Shown here piece after piece: positions 50,052-61,484 of a stretch of 64,000 nucleotides of DNA. Under the pieces are notes generated by a model. It was given only the letters and a program-made list of their open reading frames with translations. It was not told the DNA's origin and did no database searches. Source of the stretch: Candidatus Poribacteria bacterium (GTDB lineage Bacteria > Poribacteria > WGA-4E > PCPOR2b); NCBI GenBank assembly GCA_965218095.1, contig OZ244587.1:5056001-5120000 (forward strand), read 5' to 3'. How positions within the stretch are numbered: the stretch's first letter is position 1; each line of letters starts with the position of its first letter. Made by a program: the position numbers and the translations under genes.

Positions 50052-52715
50052 ATGTTCAATCTAAGGAAGGTAGGGATCGCCCTTGCCGCATGCGCTGTGC
50101 CCCTTGCCGGTGTGAAGGCCGACGGTTCGTGGCGAGACCCGGTTCATCGTATCAGTCTTGACAACGATGCACTGCACGCCGAGTTTCAATCTGGAATCTT
50201 GTTCCGGGTGGCCGATAAGAAGTCAGGTAGTGCCTTGATGTCGATGGATCCGGCGCGATTGAAGTCAATCGTACCGATCTTTGCCACGACCGGAATCAAT
50301 CTTGATGAGTGCGCCAGGTCTCAGCAAACAACCGCTGATTCCGTGGTCAGCCGGTTTCGAGCGCCGGATGGGACGCGGTGGGAACTGCACTGGTCGATTG
50401 AACCCGGTGACGGTGACCTTGTCTTGCACACATCAGTTCGCGCTACGGCGCCGATCGCCCAGTTTCGGCTGATCCTACCCGGGTTGGACATTACCGGGCA
50501 CAAGATCGTGCTGATCAACGGCACGGGCTCAGGCATAGAACGGACAGCGCCCTGGAGCGAAACGTTGGGCGGTTCGGTGCCAGTCGTGCTGTTTGAGGGA
50601 AAAGAATCCGGCTGGTTTGTCGAAGCACGGGAATTGGACGCCGGCACCGCCTCTGTGTCGGCGGTGGGCCATGGCGGAATGGTGGATGTGACGATGGTGC
50701 GGGCGTACCCGGCCATCACGCGCGCACCCGGACCTGTTGAAATACGTTTGCGCCGTTATGACACTAACTGGCCGGATGCAGTGGATCCCTACCTAGCGTG
50801 GATGGCCGAAGAAGCGAGGTATGTTCCGATTGAGGCGAAGCAGCCTTCCTGGGTAAAACAGATTCGTGCGCAGGCATATCTCTATCCCTGGGAGTTCGAG
50901 GGACTCGAACTGCTCGCCAAGCGGGTGGATCCCTCCAAGACGCTGCTCGGCCGCGTCACAGACTTCAACCGACTGCCTTTTCCCTTCTATGAACCTTCGG
51001 AGACTTCCAAGCAATGGTTCAAACGCGCCCGCGAGCTTGGATTCCACGTTGGCGCCCATGTAAACACCACCGGTGTTGTTCCTGACAATCGGGAACTGGT
51101 CGCCCGCTTTCATCGGGGCTTCTTGGAAATCTGGACTGACGCGGACGGCAAGGAGAAATGGGAGACAGCGCCTCCCCATGCCGGACGGGTGATGGCCAAG
51201 ACACCCGACGGTGACAAGATCGTTTCAGGCGTCGGCGCCCACGCCTACTGTTCGCCGGCGTTGAAGGATTTCCGTGATTTCTTCGTTGAGCAGTTGCGGC
51301 CGCTGGTGGACGCGGGGGTGGATCTGATCTACCTTGATGAGTGTGGCGGCACCGGCCGGGCTTTTATTGATGGGATGACATCCACGCAAGGGGTCATGCT
51401 CATGATGAAGCAGATCGCCGAGGCGTACCCGCATGTCGCACTTATGACCGAGCAGTTCAATCCCGTCATCTGCAAGTATGCGAGTTTTGCCCTCACAACG
51501 TTGGATCCTGGCCATCCGCTGAGCGGTTATATCTTCAGCCGCTTCATTAAGGTTGTCCCGGAATGGTCATACTACGAGCCGACGAACGAGAAGCAGATGG
51601 ATGAGCACCAGGCCTGGGGATTCATGGTTCCGGGCGCAAGCTGGAATGCTTCCTGGCTGCAAATCGCCAAAGCTTTCACAACCTACAACTTTGTGCCCGA
51701 CGCACGTATGCCGCTTGGGCCCGACCAACTCTTCGGCTATATGGGTTCCGGCGGGGTGAAGGCTTACTACGAAAAGCAGGACAAGAAGCGGGGACTCGTG
51801 GTTTACGAAGCGGGGAAGGATCCCACGTGGCACGGCACCCGGGCGACCGGCATCACCTCCTGGCCGGGGCCCGGCGCGTTGGAAGACTGGCCGTTGTACG
51901 ACGGCAACACGTTAATCTCTCTCAATCCCAAGCACACCTACGGATTCGATGAAAACGTGACGCTGCGGCCGGATCGTTTTCACGTGACGTCGGTGCCTTC
52001 TGACTTCGTGCTCTACGCCAGCGAAAAGCAGCGCAAGCGCACGATTCCCATCGAAGTGGGTCGGGACGGGGCGTACTTCAGGATCACCTTTACGGGCAAT
52101 GGTGAACTGGAAATGAACGTCCCCGATGAGTGGATCGTGTGTCTGGACGATTCGGTGGTGGCAGTTGACCCGAAAACGCGAAGAGCAATCGCCTGGATTG
52201 CAGCGCCGAAAGATCAGCCTAGCGTGTTGCTCGCCTTTGTCAAATCGGATCGGGAACTGGCGGGGGAGGCGACCTCGCTGCCGTGGCAGATTCCGACGAA
52301 GCAGCAGATGAACCACTACACCCAATGCTACACGGAAAACACTCACTATGCCCACAGGAGCGAATACGCCGGCATTCTTATTGGCCGTGTGCCGCGGGCA
52401 TCGAAGGTCCTGTTGCAGACCGCGGGCGAGGGTGTGGTCCGCGTCAATGGCAAGCCGATTCTGCAACTGCCCGGCGGGGAGCGGTTGGAGGCGGATCTCA
52501 CACCCTACGCCGGACAACATGCGATCATCGAGTTTTCGGCCGATGGCGGGGGTTGGGCGGCGTACCGGCGCCCGGCGTTTTGGCAGTCGCTCTGGCCCGG
52601 TATCACGGCGGAAGAGAAAAAGGGGTTCGGGATTGGCTGTTTCATCGCGGAGAAAGATGGATTTGAATGGTGGCTGCAAGGCGGGTGGGCGCCGCGGATC
52701 ACGGTTGTGCGGTAA
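50052..52715 (+). CDS. Large secreted glycoside-hydrolase-like protein (DUF6259-like)
   Basis: AGGAGGAG RBS, signal peptide, ARELGFHVGAHVN, GVDLIYLDE TIM-barrel motifs. Confidence 0.65.
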   Translation: MFNLRKVGIALAACAVPLAGVKADGSWRDPVHRISLDNDALHAEFQSGILFRVADKKSGSALMSMDPARLKSIVPIFATTGINLDECARSQQTTADSVVSRFRAPDGTRWELHWSIEPGDGDLVLHTSVRATAPIAQFRLILPGLDITGHKIVLINGTGSGIERTAPWSETLGGSVPVVLFEGKESGWFVEARELDAGTASVSAVGHGGMVDVTMVRAYPAITRAPGPVEIRLRRYDTNWPDAVDPYLAWMAEEARYVPIEAKQPSWVKQIRAQAYLYPWEFEGLELLAKRVDPSKTLLGRVTDFNRLPFPFYEPSETSKQWFKRARELGFHVGAHVNTTGVVPDNRELVARFHRGFLEIWTDADGKEKWETAPPHAGRVMAKTPDGDKIVSGVGAHAYCSPALKDFRDFFVEQLRPLVDAGVDLIYLDECGGTGRAFIDGMTSTQGVMLMMKQIAEAYPHVALMTEQFNPVICKYASFALTTLDPGHPLSGYIFSRFIKVVPEWSYYEPTNEKQMDEHQAWGFMVPGASWNASWLQIAKAFTTYNFVPDARMPLGPDQLFGYMGSGGVKAYYEKQDKKRGLVVYEAGKDPTWHGTRATGITSWPGPGALEDWPLYDGNTLISLNPKHTYGFDENVTLRPDRFHVTSVPSDFVLYASEKQRKRTIPIEVGRDGAYFRITFTGNGELEMNVPDEWIVCLDDSVVAVDPKTRRAIAWIAAPKDQPSVLLAFVKSDRELAGEATSLPWQIPTKQQMNHYTQCYTENTHYAHRSEYAGILIGRVPRASKVLLQTAGEGVVRVNGKPILQLPGGERLEADLTPYAGQHAIIEFSADGGGWAAYRRPAFWQSLWPGITAEEKKGFGIGCFIAEKDGFEWWLQGGWAPRITVVR

Positions 52716-53014
52716 GCGCCTGATATCGGATGAAAGGATGGCGGGCAAATCTATGAACACCTCATCATCCAAATCCATTTTGATGTTGCACACCCACCGT
52801 TCGCTTATTTTTTCCGAACCCACATCAATTCTGGGTTCGGGCGATCGCCCGTGTTCATCTCGATGTGAGAATGTGCACCTTGATCTGAGAATCTACCATT
52901 TTCAGGGTCAAAATTTATGTGTCATTGTATCTGTCCATACCGTATCTTGTGGGCCTTCCCAAATTTCAAAAACTCACGATCCAAATGAGCGAAAGATGGG
53001 TTGATAGTGCAGCT

Positions 53015-53194
53015 TCTTTTCGATTTTTCGAATCGCCTGCGGGTTTGTTCGATGGCTTGTGTTATTACCGGTTTGACATCTGTGAAGAGTTGTGGTGTTC
53101 TATTGATGGTGGGTTGCTTTCTTGAATGTTGCAAGGAATTAGAATACCCGAATCCTTATGGAACCCGCAATCTCTTTTATTTGTTGCCAATACT
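53015..53194 (-). mobile_element. Truncated IS left end with transposase N-terminus (copy 2)
   Basis: Homologous to 39113-39302 with the same terminal sequence AGTATTGGCAACAAATAAAAGAG. Confidence 0.65.
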
Positions 53195-53268
53195 CCAAAG
53201 GCACCAAAACTGCCAGAGACTTATATCACCTGAGAATACCCACAATGCTTTTGCTTGATGGCGTCAAT

Positions 53269-56200
53269 ATGCCCGAACGTCTTTCTCTTTATGCCCTTCT
53301 ATTGTTGTGCGTCGCCAAGTCAGTGAGCACGGACGTGCTGGCAGGTCGCCACGACGGCGCCTACCTGCACAAGGTGAGCACGGAAGTCCGCACCCCGCAC
53401 ACCAGGTGGCTCAGGCCCAGTGCCAGACCCGGGCCGCGGGTGCTCTTCATGGTCCGCCGGTCTGACCGGCACCGGGAGTTGGCCGCCCGTGACATCGTCG
53501 AGGTGTGGCAGCGGATGGACATCAACTTCGAGGCCTACATCTTAGATGTTCGCACAGTCGAGCAAGCGGCATACACCGCGACATACTTGGGCAACATCGA
53601 AGGCTCGCGGCCCGAAGAGAAAATGCATGAGGCCGTCCAGCGTCTCTCGGCGGACTACGATGCCATGGTGCTAATCGGCTTCGATGTAGCGTGGCTTCCG
53701 GAGGAGGCCCAGACCCTCTTTCTGCGAAAGCTCGAAGCTGGTTGCGGTTTGGTGCTGGCCGAGTCCCCAGTTCCCGCGAAGCTAAAGCTGAAGTTGGCAC
53801 CCACGGGAGCGGACTTTCTCGCGGGACTGCCCCTGACGCAGATCCCTGGGTACGGCGGCGAAGAGCGTGCTCTGGGCGTGGAGGTGCCGAACTGGCCTGA
53901 GGCGGCCCGCCAGGCGGGGATGGCCCATCTGCTTTCCGGCACGCGGGTGGCCGTCGTCAACCCCAACGGCTACGGCGTTGATCCCGAAGACGAAGTCTAC
54001 CATGACTACTGCGCGGCCATCTACATCCGCGCGCTCCAGTGGGTGGTGCCGAGCCTGTCACCGGAGTTCGTCTGGTCGAACCTGCCGGAGGGTGCCTTGC
54101 TGCCGCGCGCCACCCTCCCGGCCGCGCTCACTCTCGGCCTGCGCTCGAGGTGACAGCAGGCCGCTGCGGTCGCGGTGGAGTACTGCATCCGCAACCAATA
54201 CGAGGAGGTCCAGCAGCAGGGCGTCCTGGACCTAACCCTCAATCCGGGCGAGGGCAGGGTCTTGATATCCGTGCCCGTATTGCCGGCCGGCCGCCATTTC
54301 CTGGATGTCTGGATCAAGACTGAGGGGAAGATCGAGCAGTTCGGCAGCGTGGGCTTCACGGTGACGGACCCGGTGCGGATTACCGCCGTGGAGTTCGACA
54401 CGCCGTTCCATCGCCTGGGTGACGTATCTGCCGAGGTGATGGTAAAGTTCAGCGCGCCGCCGGTTCCGGGCTCAGCAATGCGCATCATGGCGACCGACAC
54501 CTACGGGCGGCGCATTGCCGACGTGAGGGCGCCGGTGGTGGAGGGAGCGCAGGAGGCGAAGGCGACGCTGCCCATGGCCCACTGGGTGTGGGCCGAGTTG
54601 ACACTCGAGGACACGGTGCTCGACCAAGACCAGGAACTGCTCATCACAGCCCGTTCTCATCCGCCGGAGTATCCTGCCCTGCTGTGGGAAGCTGCGAGAG
54701 GGGGGCTGCATGGGCTACGCCTGCTGCGGCGCCAGCGCGACATCGGCTTCAACCTGACGCTCACGGGCGCGGGCTCCCAAAAAGCCCGGTTCGCGGCCCT
54801 GGCCGACATGCAGCTGGTCATCTACGCCACGCGCATCGGGGGTGTCAGCGATGGCCAGGATGGCTGGGCCACCAACCCGGACTACATGGCAAACCTGGCC
54901 GAGGAAATCGTCAATGGGTGCCGTGTGAACGCGCAGTACGGCCCCTACGTCTACTCCCTCGGTGACGAGTGCAGCATGGGATCTCCCGGGCAGAGAATGG
55001 CGCCCACCGACGTGGCGGCCTACCGGGAGTTTCTGGAGGGCCGCTACGCCGATATCGGCGAGTTGAACCGGGCGTGGCAGACGACCTACGGGTCGTTCCG
55101 CGAGATCGAGCCGATCGACTGGGCGAAGGCGGAGGGAGCCCACAACTACCCGCGCAAGCACGAGCGCATGGCGTTCTTCGAAATGCTCTACGCGAAGATG
55201 ATGCATGCCCTGGACGACGCGCTCACGCGGATGGACCCGGGGGCCAGGGTCGGCGCGGAGGGCTCGCATCCAGGCGACCTAGAGCTGACGCTCGAGGGGC
55301 TGGAAATGTGGGGGCCTTACCATAACCGGCGGATCGCCGTGCTGCTAGCCTCGCTGGCCGACAAGGACGTGGTGCGTGGCATGTGGTGGGGTGGGTACCA
55401 TGGCGCCTTTTTTGACCGTTGGACTGTAACCGATCGGTTCTGGACGCCGGTGTTCGAGGGGGTGTGCAACACCAACTACTTCTTCAACGGGCAAACCGGG
55501 AATCACGAAGCCAATTGCGCGTCCGACATGAGCTGGGCCGACTACTTCGAGCGCGGCATCCCGGAGCTGCACACGATCTACGAAACGCCCGGGCCGCTGA
55601 TCGCAGCGGCAGAGCCGGCGGACATGGGGGTGGTGCTCCTGTGGTCGCAGGCTTCCGAGCACATGGCGCGCTTGTACATGCCCTTCGCTGCGGGCAAACC
55701 GGCGGACGACGCTGTTGGCGTGGAGCGTCGGGGCGAGATGGGGGCTCAGTTCGCGATGCTCCACGCCAACGGCATCAGCTACCAAATTGTGACCGACCGC
55801 CAGGTGGATCGAGACGGACTAGACCCCGCCAGGGTTCGCCTGCTGCTCCTGCCCATGACAACGGCCCTCCGCACCCGGACAGCAGAGCGCCTAGCCGAGT
55901 ATGTCCGGGGCGGTGGTGTGCTCCTGTCCACGGGATCCACCGGTCTAATGGACGGCCATTGCTCCCTCCAAGCGAAGGGCCAGTTGGACGAGCTTCTGGG
56001 GGTCCGGCGCGCGGGCGGGCCGAACGTAACGCGCGTCCGGGCAGCCGGGCGCTGCAACGTGTTCGGGACTGAGATCGAGCTGCAAGTCGAAGACATGCAG
56101 GCCGATGCATCACTCCAGGCGGCGGAAGGTCAGACTGTACTGGCGGCCGGCCATGTCCCGCTTATCGTGGCTCGCGAGCTAGGTCGGGGCGCCGTGGTTC

Positions 56201-56814
56201 ACCTGAATGGATGCTACGGAGACCTCATCACCCGGGGCGCGGAAGGGGTGGCAGCGGCGCGCGCGCTGACAGCGGCCCTGCTAGGGCGCGCCGGTGTGCC
56301 CCAGCCCTTCACGTTGTTGCCGCCGGGTGGCGCCCGCGTGTACATGTTTACACTAGGCAAGGTGCGCCTGTTGTCCGTGATTCGCACTTCCGCGGGGCCG
56401 CTCTCCATCAAGCTCGCCTCCACCGCATACGTCTATGACGCGATGCGGGCGAAGTCTCTCGGCCGGCGCGACACGATCATCGTACCCGAGGACAGCCGGG
56501 GCTACGAGCTCTTCTGTTTGGCGAATGTGGAGCTGGCAGCCCCGGCGTTGCAGTGCCCACCGAAAGCGCGGCGGGGGACGCGAGTTGTGGTTCATGCGAA
56601 GCTGCCGAACAGCGCCGGCCGCCTGTTGCAGATGGACGTCTACGACCCCGAAGGCGAGTGGCGGCGCCCCTATCGCCGCTTCGCCGAGGTCGGTGGGGGC
56701 GCCGCGGCGTTCAGCGTGCCTGTGGCATTCAACGATCCGCCCGGCGCATGGACCGTGCGCGTAACCGACCTTGCGTCGGGCGGCGTAGCCCAGGCCCAAG
56801 TGCGGGTCAAGTAG
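53269..56814 (+). pseudogene. Large secreted GH42-like (beta-galactosidase trimerisation domain) protein with in-frame TGA at 54151-54153
   Basis: Two ORFs in one frame (GLRSR*QQAAAVAVEY); YSLGDE, FLEGRYADIGELNRAWQTTYGSF, AEYVRGGG, PVAFNDPPGAW motifs. Confidence 0.72.
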
Positions 56815-57125
56815 AGGTAGCCCGGCTCGTTCGGGGGATGGAACGCGACCTGCGCGTGAGGTTGCTCGCCCGGGGCGTTTGCGGATTCGGTCGAGCATTC
56901 CCGCGTCCCGCGCACGGCTCTTCAGTGGATCTGCAGCCCATTAACGTAAACCGATGGCCTGCTGCTGGCAGCCGCGCCCACCAGGGCTCTTGGGCTGGCG
57001 CGCCAGAAGAGATCAATGAGCAAGATTTCTGGGATTTTCAACACCCCGACCTTCCCAGGAGGCTACGTTGCCCTGAGGAAAACGGGGAAGTCGGGTCACT
57101 AAAATCAAGCGAAGGAGGATCAGAA

Positions 57126-57944
57126 ATGCTGCAACTGTCGGTATGCATCGAGTGGATCTTCGAGGATCGGGATTTCCCGGCACGGATTGATGCCGTGGCA
57201 GAGGCCGGTCTGCCGGCTATCGAATTCTGGGGGTGGCAGGACAAAGACCTGCCGGCGATCATTGAACGTAAAGAGCATCATGGGCTGGCAGTGGCGACGG
57301 TGAGTCTGGATCCACCTGTGTATTTACTTGATGGCGATGCCATCCCGGCCTTTGTCCAAGGGGTGCGTGAATCCTGCCGAATCGCACAGCAACTGGATTG
57401 CGAGACGTTGACGACGGATTTGCAGGACATACCGTTCGGCGCCGGCCAGCCCTGGTACAGTTTCTTGGCCAACGAAGGGCAAAGGGCACTTCGCCAGATC
57501 CAACGCGACAACATTGTGCGTGCCTTCAAAGCGGTGGCGCCCATCGCCGAAGGTGAAGGCATCACGCTTCTGCTGGAGCCACTGAACACGCTGGATCACG
57601 GTGGCTACTTTCTGGCGTCTTCGCAGGAAGGCTTCGAAATTATCCAGGAAGTCGGTAGTCCGGCGGTCCGATTGCTCTTCGACGTCTATCATCAGCAGAT
57701 CACTGAGGGCAATCTGATAAACAACCTCACTCGCCACATTGACCTGGTCGCACATCTGCATGTGGCAGATGTCCCTGACCGCCGCGTGCCAGGGACCGGG
57801 GAGATCAACTTCCTGAACGTGTTGGAGGCGGCCAAACACGCTGGTTACGACGGGTACGTGGGCTTGGAATACATGCCTCGCGGCGATGACAGCGCCTCGC
57901 TGGAACCCATCCGCCAAATCGTTGATCAAGTCAATCGTGGCTAA
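57126..57944 (+). CDS. Hydroxypyruvate isomerase-like sugar isomerase/epimerase (xylose isomerase-like TIM barrel)
   Basis: AAGGAGG RBS; AIEFW, LLEPLN, FDVYHQQ, HLHVADVP.R..PGTGEIN, VGLEY. Confidence 0.88.
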   Translation: MLQLSVCIEWIFEDRDFPARIDAVAEAGLPAIEFWGWQDKDLPAIIERKEHHGLAVATVSLDPPVYLLDGDAIPAFVQGVRESCRIAQQLDCETLTTDLQDIPFGAGQPWYSFLANEGQRALRQIQRDNIVRAFKAVAPIAEGEGITLLLEPLNTLDHGGYFLASSQEGFEIIQEVGSPAVRLLFDVYHQQITEGNLINNLTRHIDLVAHLHVADVPDRRVPGTGEINFLNVLEAAKHAGYDGYVGLEYMPRGDDSASLEPIRQIVDQVNRG

Positions 57945-57960
57945 AATGAGGAGGTAAACT

Positions 57961-59010
57961 ATGGACAAGGTCAGAATCGGAATCTTGGGGACAGGCGTCA
58001 TCATCCGTGGTTCCCATCTGCTAACATTGCAAAACCATCCCCAGGCAGAGGTGGTGGCTGCGGGAAACCTGCATGCTGAGTCTTTAAGCCGTCTGGCTGC
58101 GGACTTTAATATTCCCAAGACGTATACTGACTTTGCCGAGATGGCCGCCGACCCCAACATTGATGCGGTCGTCAACGGGTTGCCTAACTACCTCCACGCG
58201 CCGGTGACGATCCGGATGCTGGAGGCGGGTAAGCATGTGCTCTGCGAGAAGCCGATGGCTATGACGGTTGCCGAGGGGGGAAAAATGATAGAGGCCACCC
58301 GTCAAGCTGAGCGCAAACTGATGATTGGCCACATTTGGCGCTTCGACCGAGAGATTGTCTGGTTGCGTAACGTGGTGACCAGCGGCAAATTGGGTAAAAT
58401 CTTCAAGGTGAAGTCTCACGAAGTCCTGATTTATGATGTTTTGGGTGAAGACCCTCCGACGACGAGCTGGTTCGTCAAGCGCGAACTCGCCGGGGGGGGT
58501 GCCCTCACTGATATGGGTGTCCACTCTTTCGATACGCTACGCTTTGTGCTGGGAGACGCTCGTCCAACAAAGGTATTTGCCAGGGTTGGCACCTACTTCA
58601 CGGATATTGAGCTAGAGGATACGGCTACGTTGTTCCTTGAATTTGAGGGCGGTATTGCCGCCCTGATTGAGGCCGGCTGGTATAACCTTTACGCCGATGA
58701 AATGCAGGGATACACCCAGGTATTTGGTACGAAGGGTTACGCCCGGGCCGTGCCATCGGAACTTCGCATGTCCGTCGAAGGGGAGTGGAGTGTCATCCAT
58801 CCGAAGGTGCCACAGCGCCAGCGACAGGAAGACTTACCGGCATTTCAAGCGCAGATGGATCATTTTCTGGATTGTGTCCTGAACGATAAAGAGCCGACCC
58901 CAGGCGGCATTGATGGGTTGTGGACCATGCGGGTGTTGGAAGCGGCCTATCGCTCTGCCGATATAGGCGAAGCAGTGACGATAGAGGAGAATAGCAACTA
59001 TGAAGGGTAA
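57961..59010 (+). CDS. Gfo/Idh/MocA family oxidoreductase
   Basis: GILGTG, HVLCEKPMA, GGGALTDMGVH. Confidence 0.93.
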   Translation: MDKVRIGILGTGVIIRGSHLLTLQNHPQAEVVAAGNLHAESLSRLAADFNIPKTYTDFAEMAADPNIDAVVNGLPNYLHAPVTIRMLEAGKHVLCEKPMAMTVAEGGKMIEATRQAERKLMIGHIWRFDREIVWLRNVVTSGKLGKIFKVKSHEVLIYDVLGEDPPTTSWFVKRELAGGGALTDMGVHSFDTLRFVLGDARPTKVFARVGTYFTDIELEDTATLFLEFEGGIAALIEAGWYNLYADEMQGYTQVFGTKGYARAVPSELRMSVEGEWSVIHPKVPQRQRQEDLPAFQAQMDHFLDCVLNDKEPTPGGIDGLWTMRVLEAAYRSADIGEAVTIEENSNYEG

Positions 59011-60289
59011 ATTGGCAATCAACGACGGGCCACGTGCCGTTCCGGAAGGGTTGAAGAAACAATGGCCCAATATCACCCAGGCGGACAAAGATGCCGTCAT
59101 GGCGGTGCTGGATCGCAACGTTCTCACCGGCCACGACCACGGTCCGGAGACGGCTGCTTTTGAGAAGGAATGGGGTGAATTCACCGGCAGCAAACACGCC
59201 CTGGCTTTCAACAGCGGTACGGCGTCGATACACACCGCCCTATTCGCAGCTGGCGTACAGCCCGGCAACGAGGTCATCACCACGGCCTTCTCTTTCTCGG
59301 GTAGTTTCCAACCCATTTTGCAACAGCATGCGATCCCGATCTTTGTGGACATCGACCCACGCACCTACAACATTGATGTGAGCCAGATAGAGGCTAAGAT
59401 TACGGATCTGACCAAGGTGCTGCTGCCGGTCCATATCCACGGACTGCCGGCCGATATGGACGCTGTCCTAGCTCTGGCCGAAAAGTACAACCTCATCGTC
59501 GTCGAGGATGCCTGTCAGGCCCATGGGGCGACTTACCAGGGGAAGATGGCGGGGACGATTGGGGACATGGGCTGCTTTAGCCTGAATGCGACCAAGAACC
59601 TCGCTGGTGGTGAGGGTGGGTTCCTCCTGACCGATAACGAGGAATTCGCTGAGCGGGCGAAGTTGCTACGTACCTTTGGCGAGAAGGTCGGGCAGGAGAA
59701 AGAGAAGTTTCGGCCCTACTACTGCTACACCATCGGCTGGAACTACCGTCTCCAGGAGCTGCCGGCCGCCTTCGCCCGCAGCCAGTTGAAACGATTGCCG
59801 CAGTACAACGCCATCGCTCAGCGCAACGGCGAGTACCTGAGCCAAGAATTGGGCAAGATCGAGGGGCTGCTCCCGCCCCACGTGCCGGGAGACCGGACGA
59901 CGGTGTATCACAAATATCGCCTCCGCTTCGATCCGGATGGGTTAGGGTTGAAGATGCCGGCCGTCAAATTTCGGGACAAGCTGCTGGACGCATTGGATGC
60001 TGAGGGCGTGGCGGTGGGGCTTTGGCACTACACCCCGATGCCCTCGTTCCCTATCTTCCAAAACCTCGATATTGGGTACAGCAACGGCTATCCCTGGCGC
60101 TCTCCATACTACGACAGGGAGATCACTTACAATCCGGAAGACTATCCGGAGGCAATTCGCCTGCTGGAGACGTCTCTGGTCGTCAACGACGAGCAGTATT
60201 CCATCTTTATCCAAGATATGGAATTGATGGAGTGCTACGTGACTGCCTTCCGCAAAGTCTTCGACAACCTGGATGAGCTGCTGGTATGA
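59000..60289 (+). CDS. DegT/DnrJ/EryC1/StrS family aminotransferase
   Basis: NSGTASIH, VEDACQAHG, FSLNATKNL (PLP lysine), GEGG, GWNYR. Confidence 0.93.
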   Translation: MKGKLAINDGPRAVPEGLKKQWPNITQADKDAVMAVLDRNVLTGHDHGPETAAFEKEWGEFTGSKHALAFNSGTASIHTALFAAGVQPGNEVITTAFSFSGSFQPILQQHAIPIFVDIDPRTYNIDVSQIEAKITDLTKVLLPVHIHGLPADMDAVLALAEKYNLIVVEDACQAHGATYQGKMAGTIGDMGCFSLNATKNLAGGEGGFLLTDNEEFAERAKLLRTFGEKVGQEKEKFRPYYCYTIGWNYRLQELPAAFARSQLKRLPQYNAIAQRNGEYLSQELGKIEGLLPPHVPGDRTTVYHKYRLRFDPDGLGLKMPAVKFRDKLLDALDAEGVAVGLWHYTPMPSFPIFQNLDIGYSNGYPWRSPYYDREITYNPEDYPEAIRLLETSLVVNDEQYSIFIQDMELMECYVTAFRKVFDNLDELLV

Positions 60290-60631
60290 TATGAGAGGGG
60301 TATTATCCGCCATCTTCACAGCGAATTTAAGGCTTGCCCTGAGCGTGTCGAAGGGATTAAACGAATTTTGCCCGACAATTTCACAGGCTTACGAGCTTGC
60401 CCTGGCGCGCAAGCTGATCGCTTGTCTGCGGGAGGACTGCTTCACGCCGGAGGGCGGATTTCTGTGTCTCTCGAACCTGCCGGCGTGCGCACACTTCCAC
60501 GCCCGCGCGAACAGGGGGCACCTGGATCGCCTTGAATCGGGCTTCGCAACTCGATCCCTCGACTCTGCAAAACGGAGACCACCTCATCGATAGGTTGGCT
60601 GACACTAAACCCGACAGAAAAGGAGAAGCAG

Positions 60632-61342
60632 ATGGCAAGACCAATCGAGAAGTTATTCCGCGCTCCCTACGCGGTACCCAATGGGCTACAGGTGACGGAT
60701 GAAGGCCTGTGGATTGTAGACCAGATTACCGACCGGGTAGCTCTGGTAGAGATCTCCGATCCCTCGGATTACGGAGTGACCAAACTGATCCGGGATATTC
60801 CGAGTGAATCCTCCAATACCAGCGGCCTCGCCTATGGCGGTGGGGCGCTCTGGTTAGCGGCGAATGGCCAAGGAGGCGGGTGGCGACTGGCACGGCCGAC
60901 CGATGCCAAGCCGAGCCTGGGAGAGATCATCAAAATCCATCCACAAACTGGGGAGACCTTGCAACGGTATCCGATACCGGATGGCGGCGGCACACACGGT
61001 GTAGAATACGACCACTATGAAGAGGGTTATCTCTGGGTTGAAACGCTCAAACATCAGATCTTGCACAAGGTGCGGATTTCGGACTGGTCTGTGCAGCATT
61101 CGATTTCCTTGCCGTATGGACGAGCGCACGGTGTGGTACGGGTGGAAGACGGTATCTGGGTGGTACATACGTCCGACCGAGTCATCGTCAAGCTGGATCT
61201 GGAAGATGGCTCAGAATTGGACCGAATCGTCGTGCCGGCGTCAGATCCGGAACCGCACGGACTGTCCATTTTTGGCGAGGATTTTCTCTACTGCGACGCG
61301 AGCTCCGGGTGGGTGACGAAGATTATACTTAGCACCGCATGA
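60632..61342 (+). CDS. Hypothetical beta-propeller protein
   Basis: Repeated PNGL/TSGL/THGV/AHGV/PHGL...(L/I)W blades; AAGGAG RBS. Confidence 0.75.
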   Translation: MARPIEKLFRAPYAVPNGLQVTDEGLWIVDQITDRVALVEISDPSDYGVTKLIRDIPSESSNTSGLAYGGGALWLAANGQGGGWRLARPTDAKPSLGEIIKIHPQTGETLQRYPIPDGGGTHGVEYDHYEEGYLWVETLKHQILHKVRISDWSVQHSISLPYGRAHGVVRVEDGIWVVHTSDRVIVKLDLEDGSELDRIVVPASDPEPHGLSIFGEDFLYCDASSGWVTKIILSTA

Positions 61343-61484
61343 AATTGCGCTTTGAAACCTTCGCAAGGGTCGGCCCCTAAAAAAGCTCAATTTCTGGCGG
61401 CGGGCAGTATAATTGATCGAACGGCGTATCATTCACGGTATGCGCTCCTAAATAGTGCTATTCAGTAATTGATTCGATAAACCG

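Noticed and set aside
52712-52730. IS66-type end GTAAGCG at the stop of the 887-aa gene
   Set aside because: No matching partner end or IS66 genes found; a 7-mer can occur by chance
4024-54153. Genome-wide stop codon reassignment (TAG or TGA = Trp), pyrrolysine or selenocysteine
   Set aside because: TAG and TGA both end many intact genes here (e.g. 9004, 30521, 38976, 33331), TGG is used normally, both stop types occur at broken sites, and the contexts are not catalytic Cys positions
56553-57125. N-terminal extension making the isomerase a 463-aa fusion
   Set aside because: Overlaps the upstream gene in a GC-rich open frame; a strong RBS supports ATG 57126
60273-60593. ORF between the aminotransferase and the beta-propeller gene
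   Set aside because: No RBS or motif; begins across a REP-like CCTGAGCGTGTCGAAGGG sequence and is at best a gene fragment
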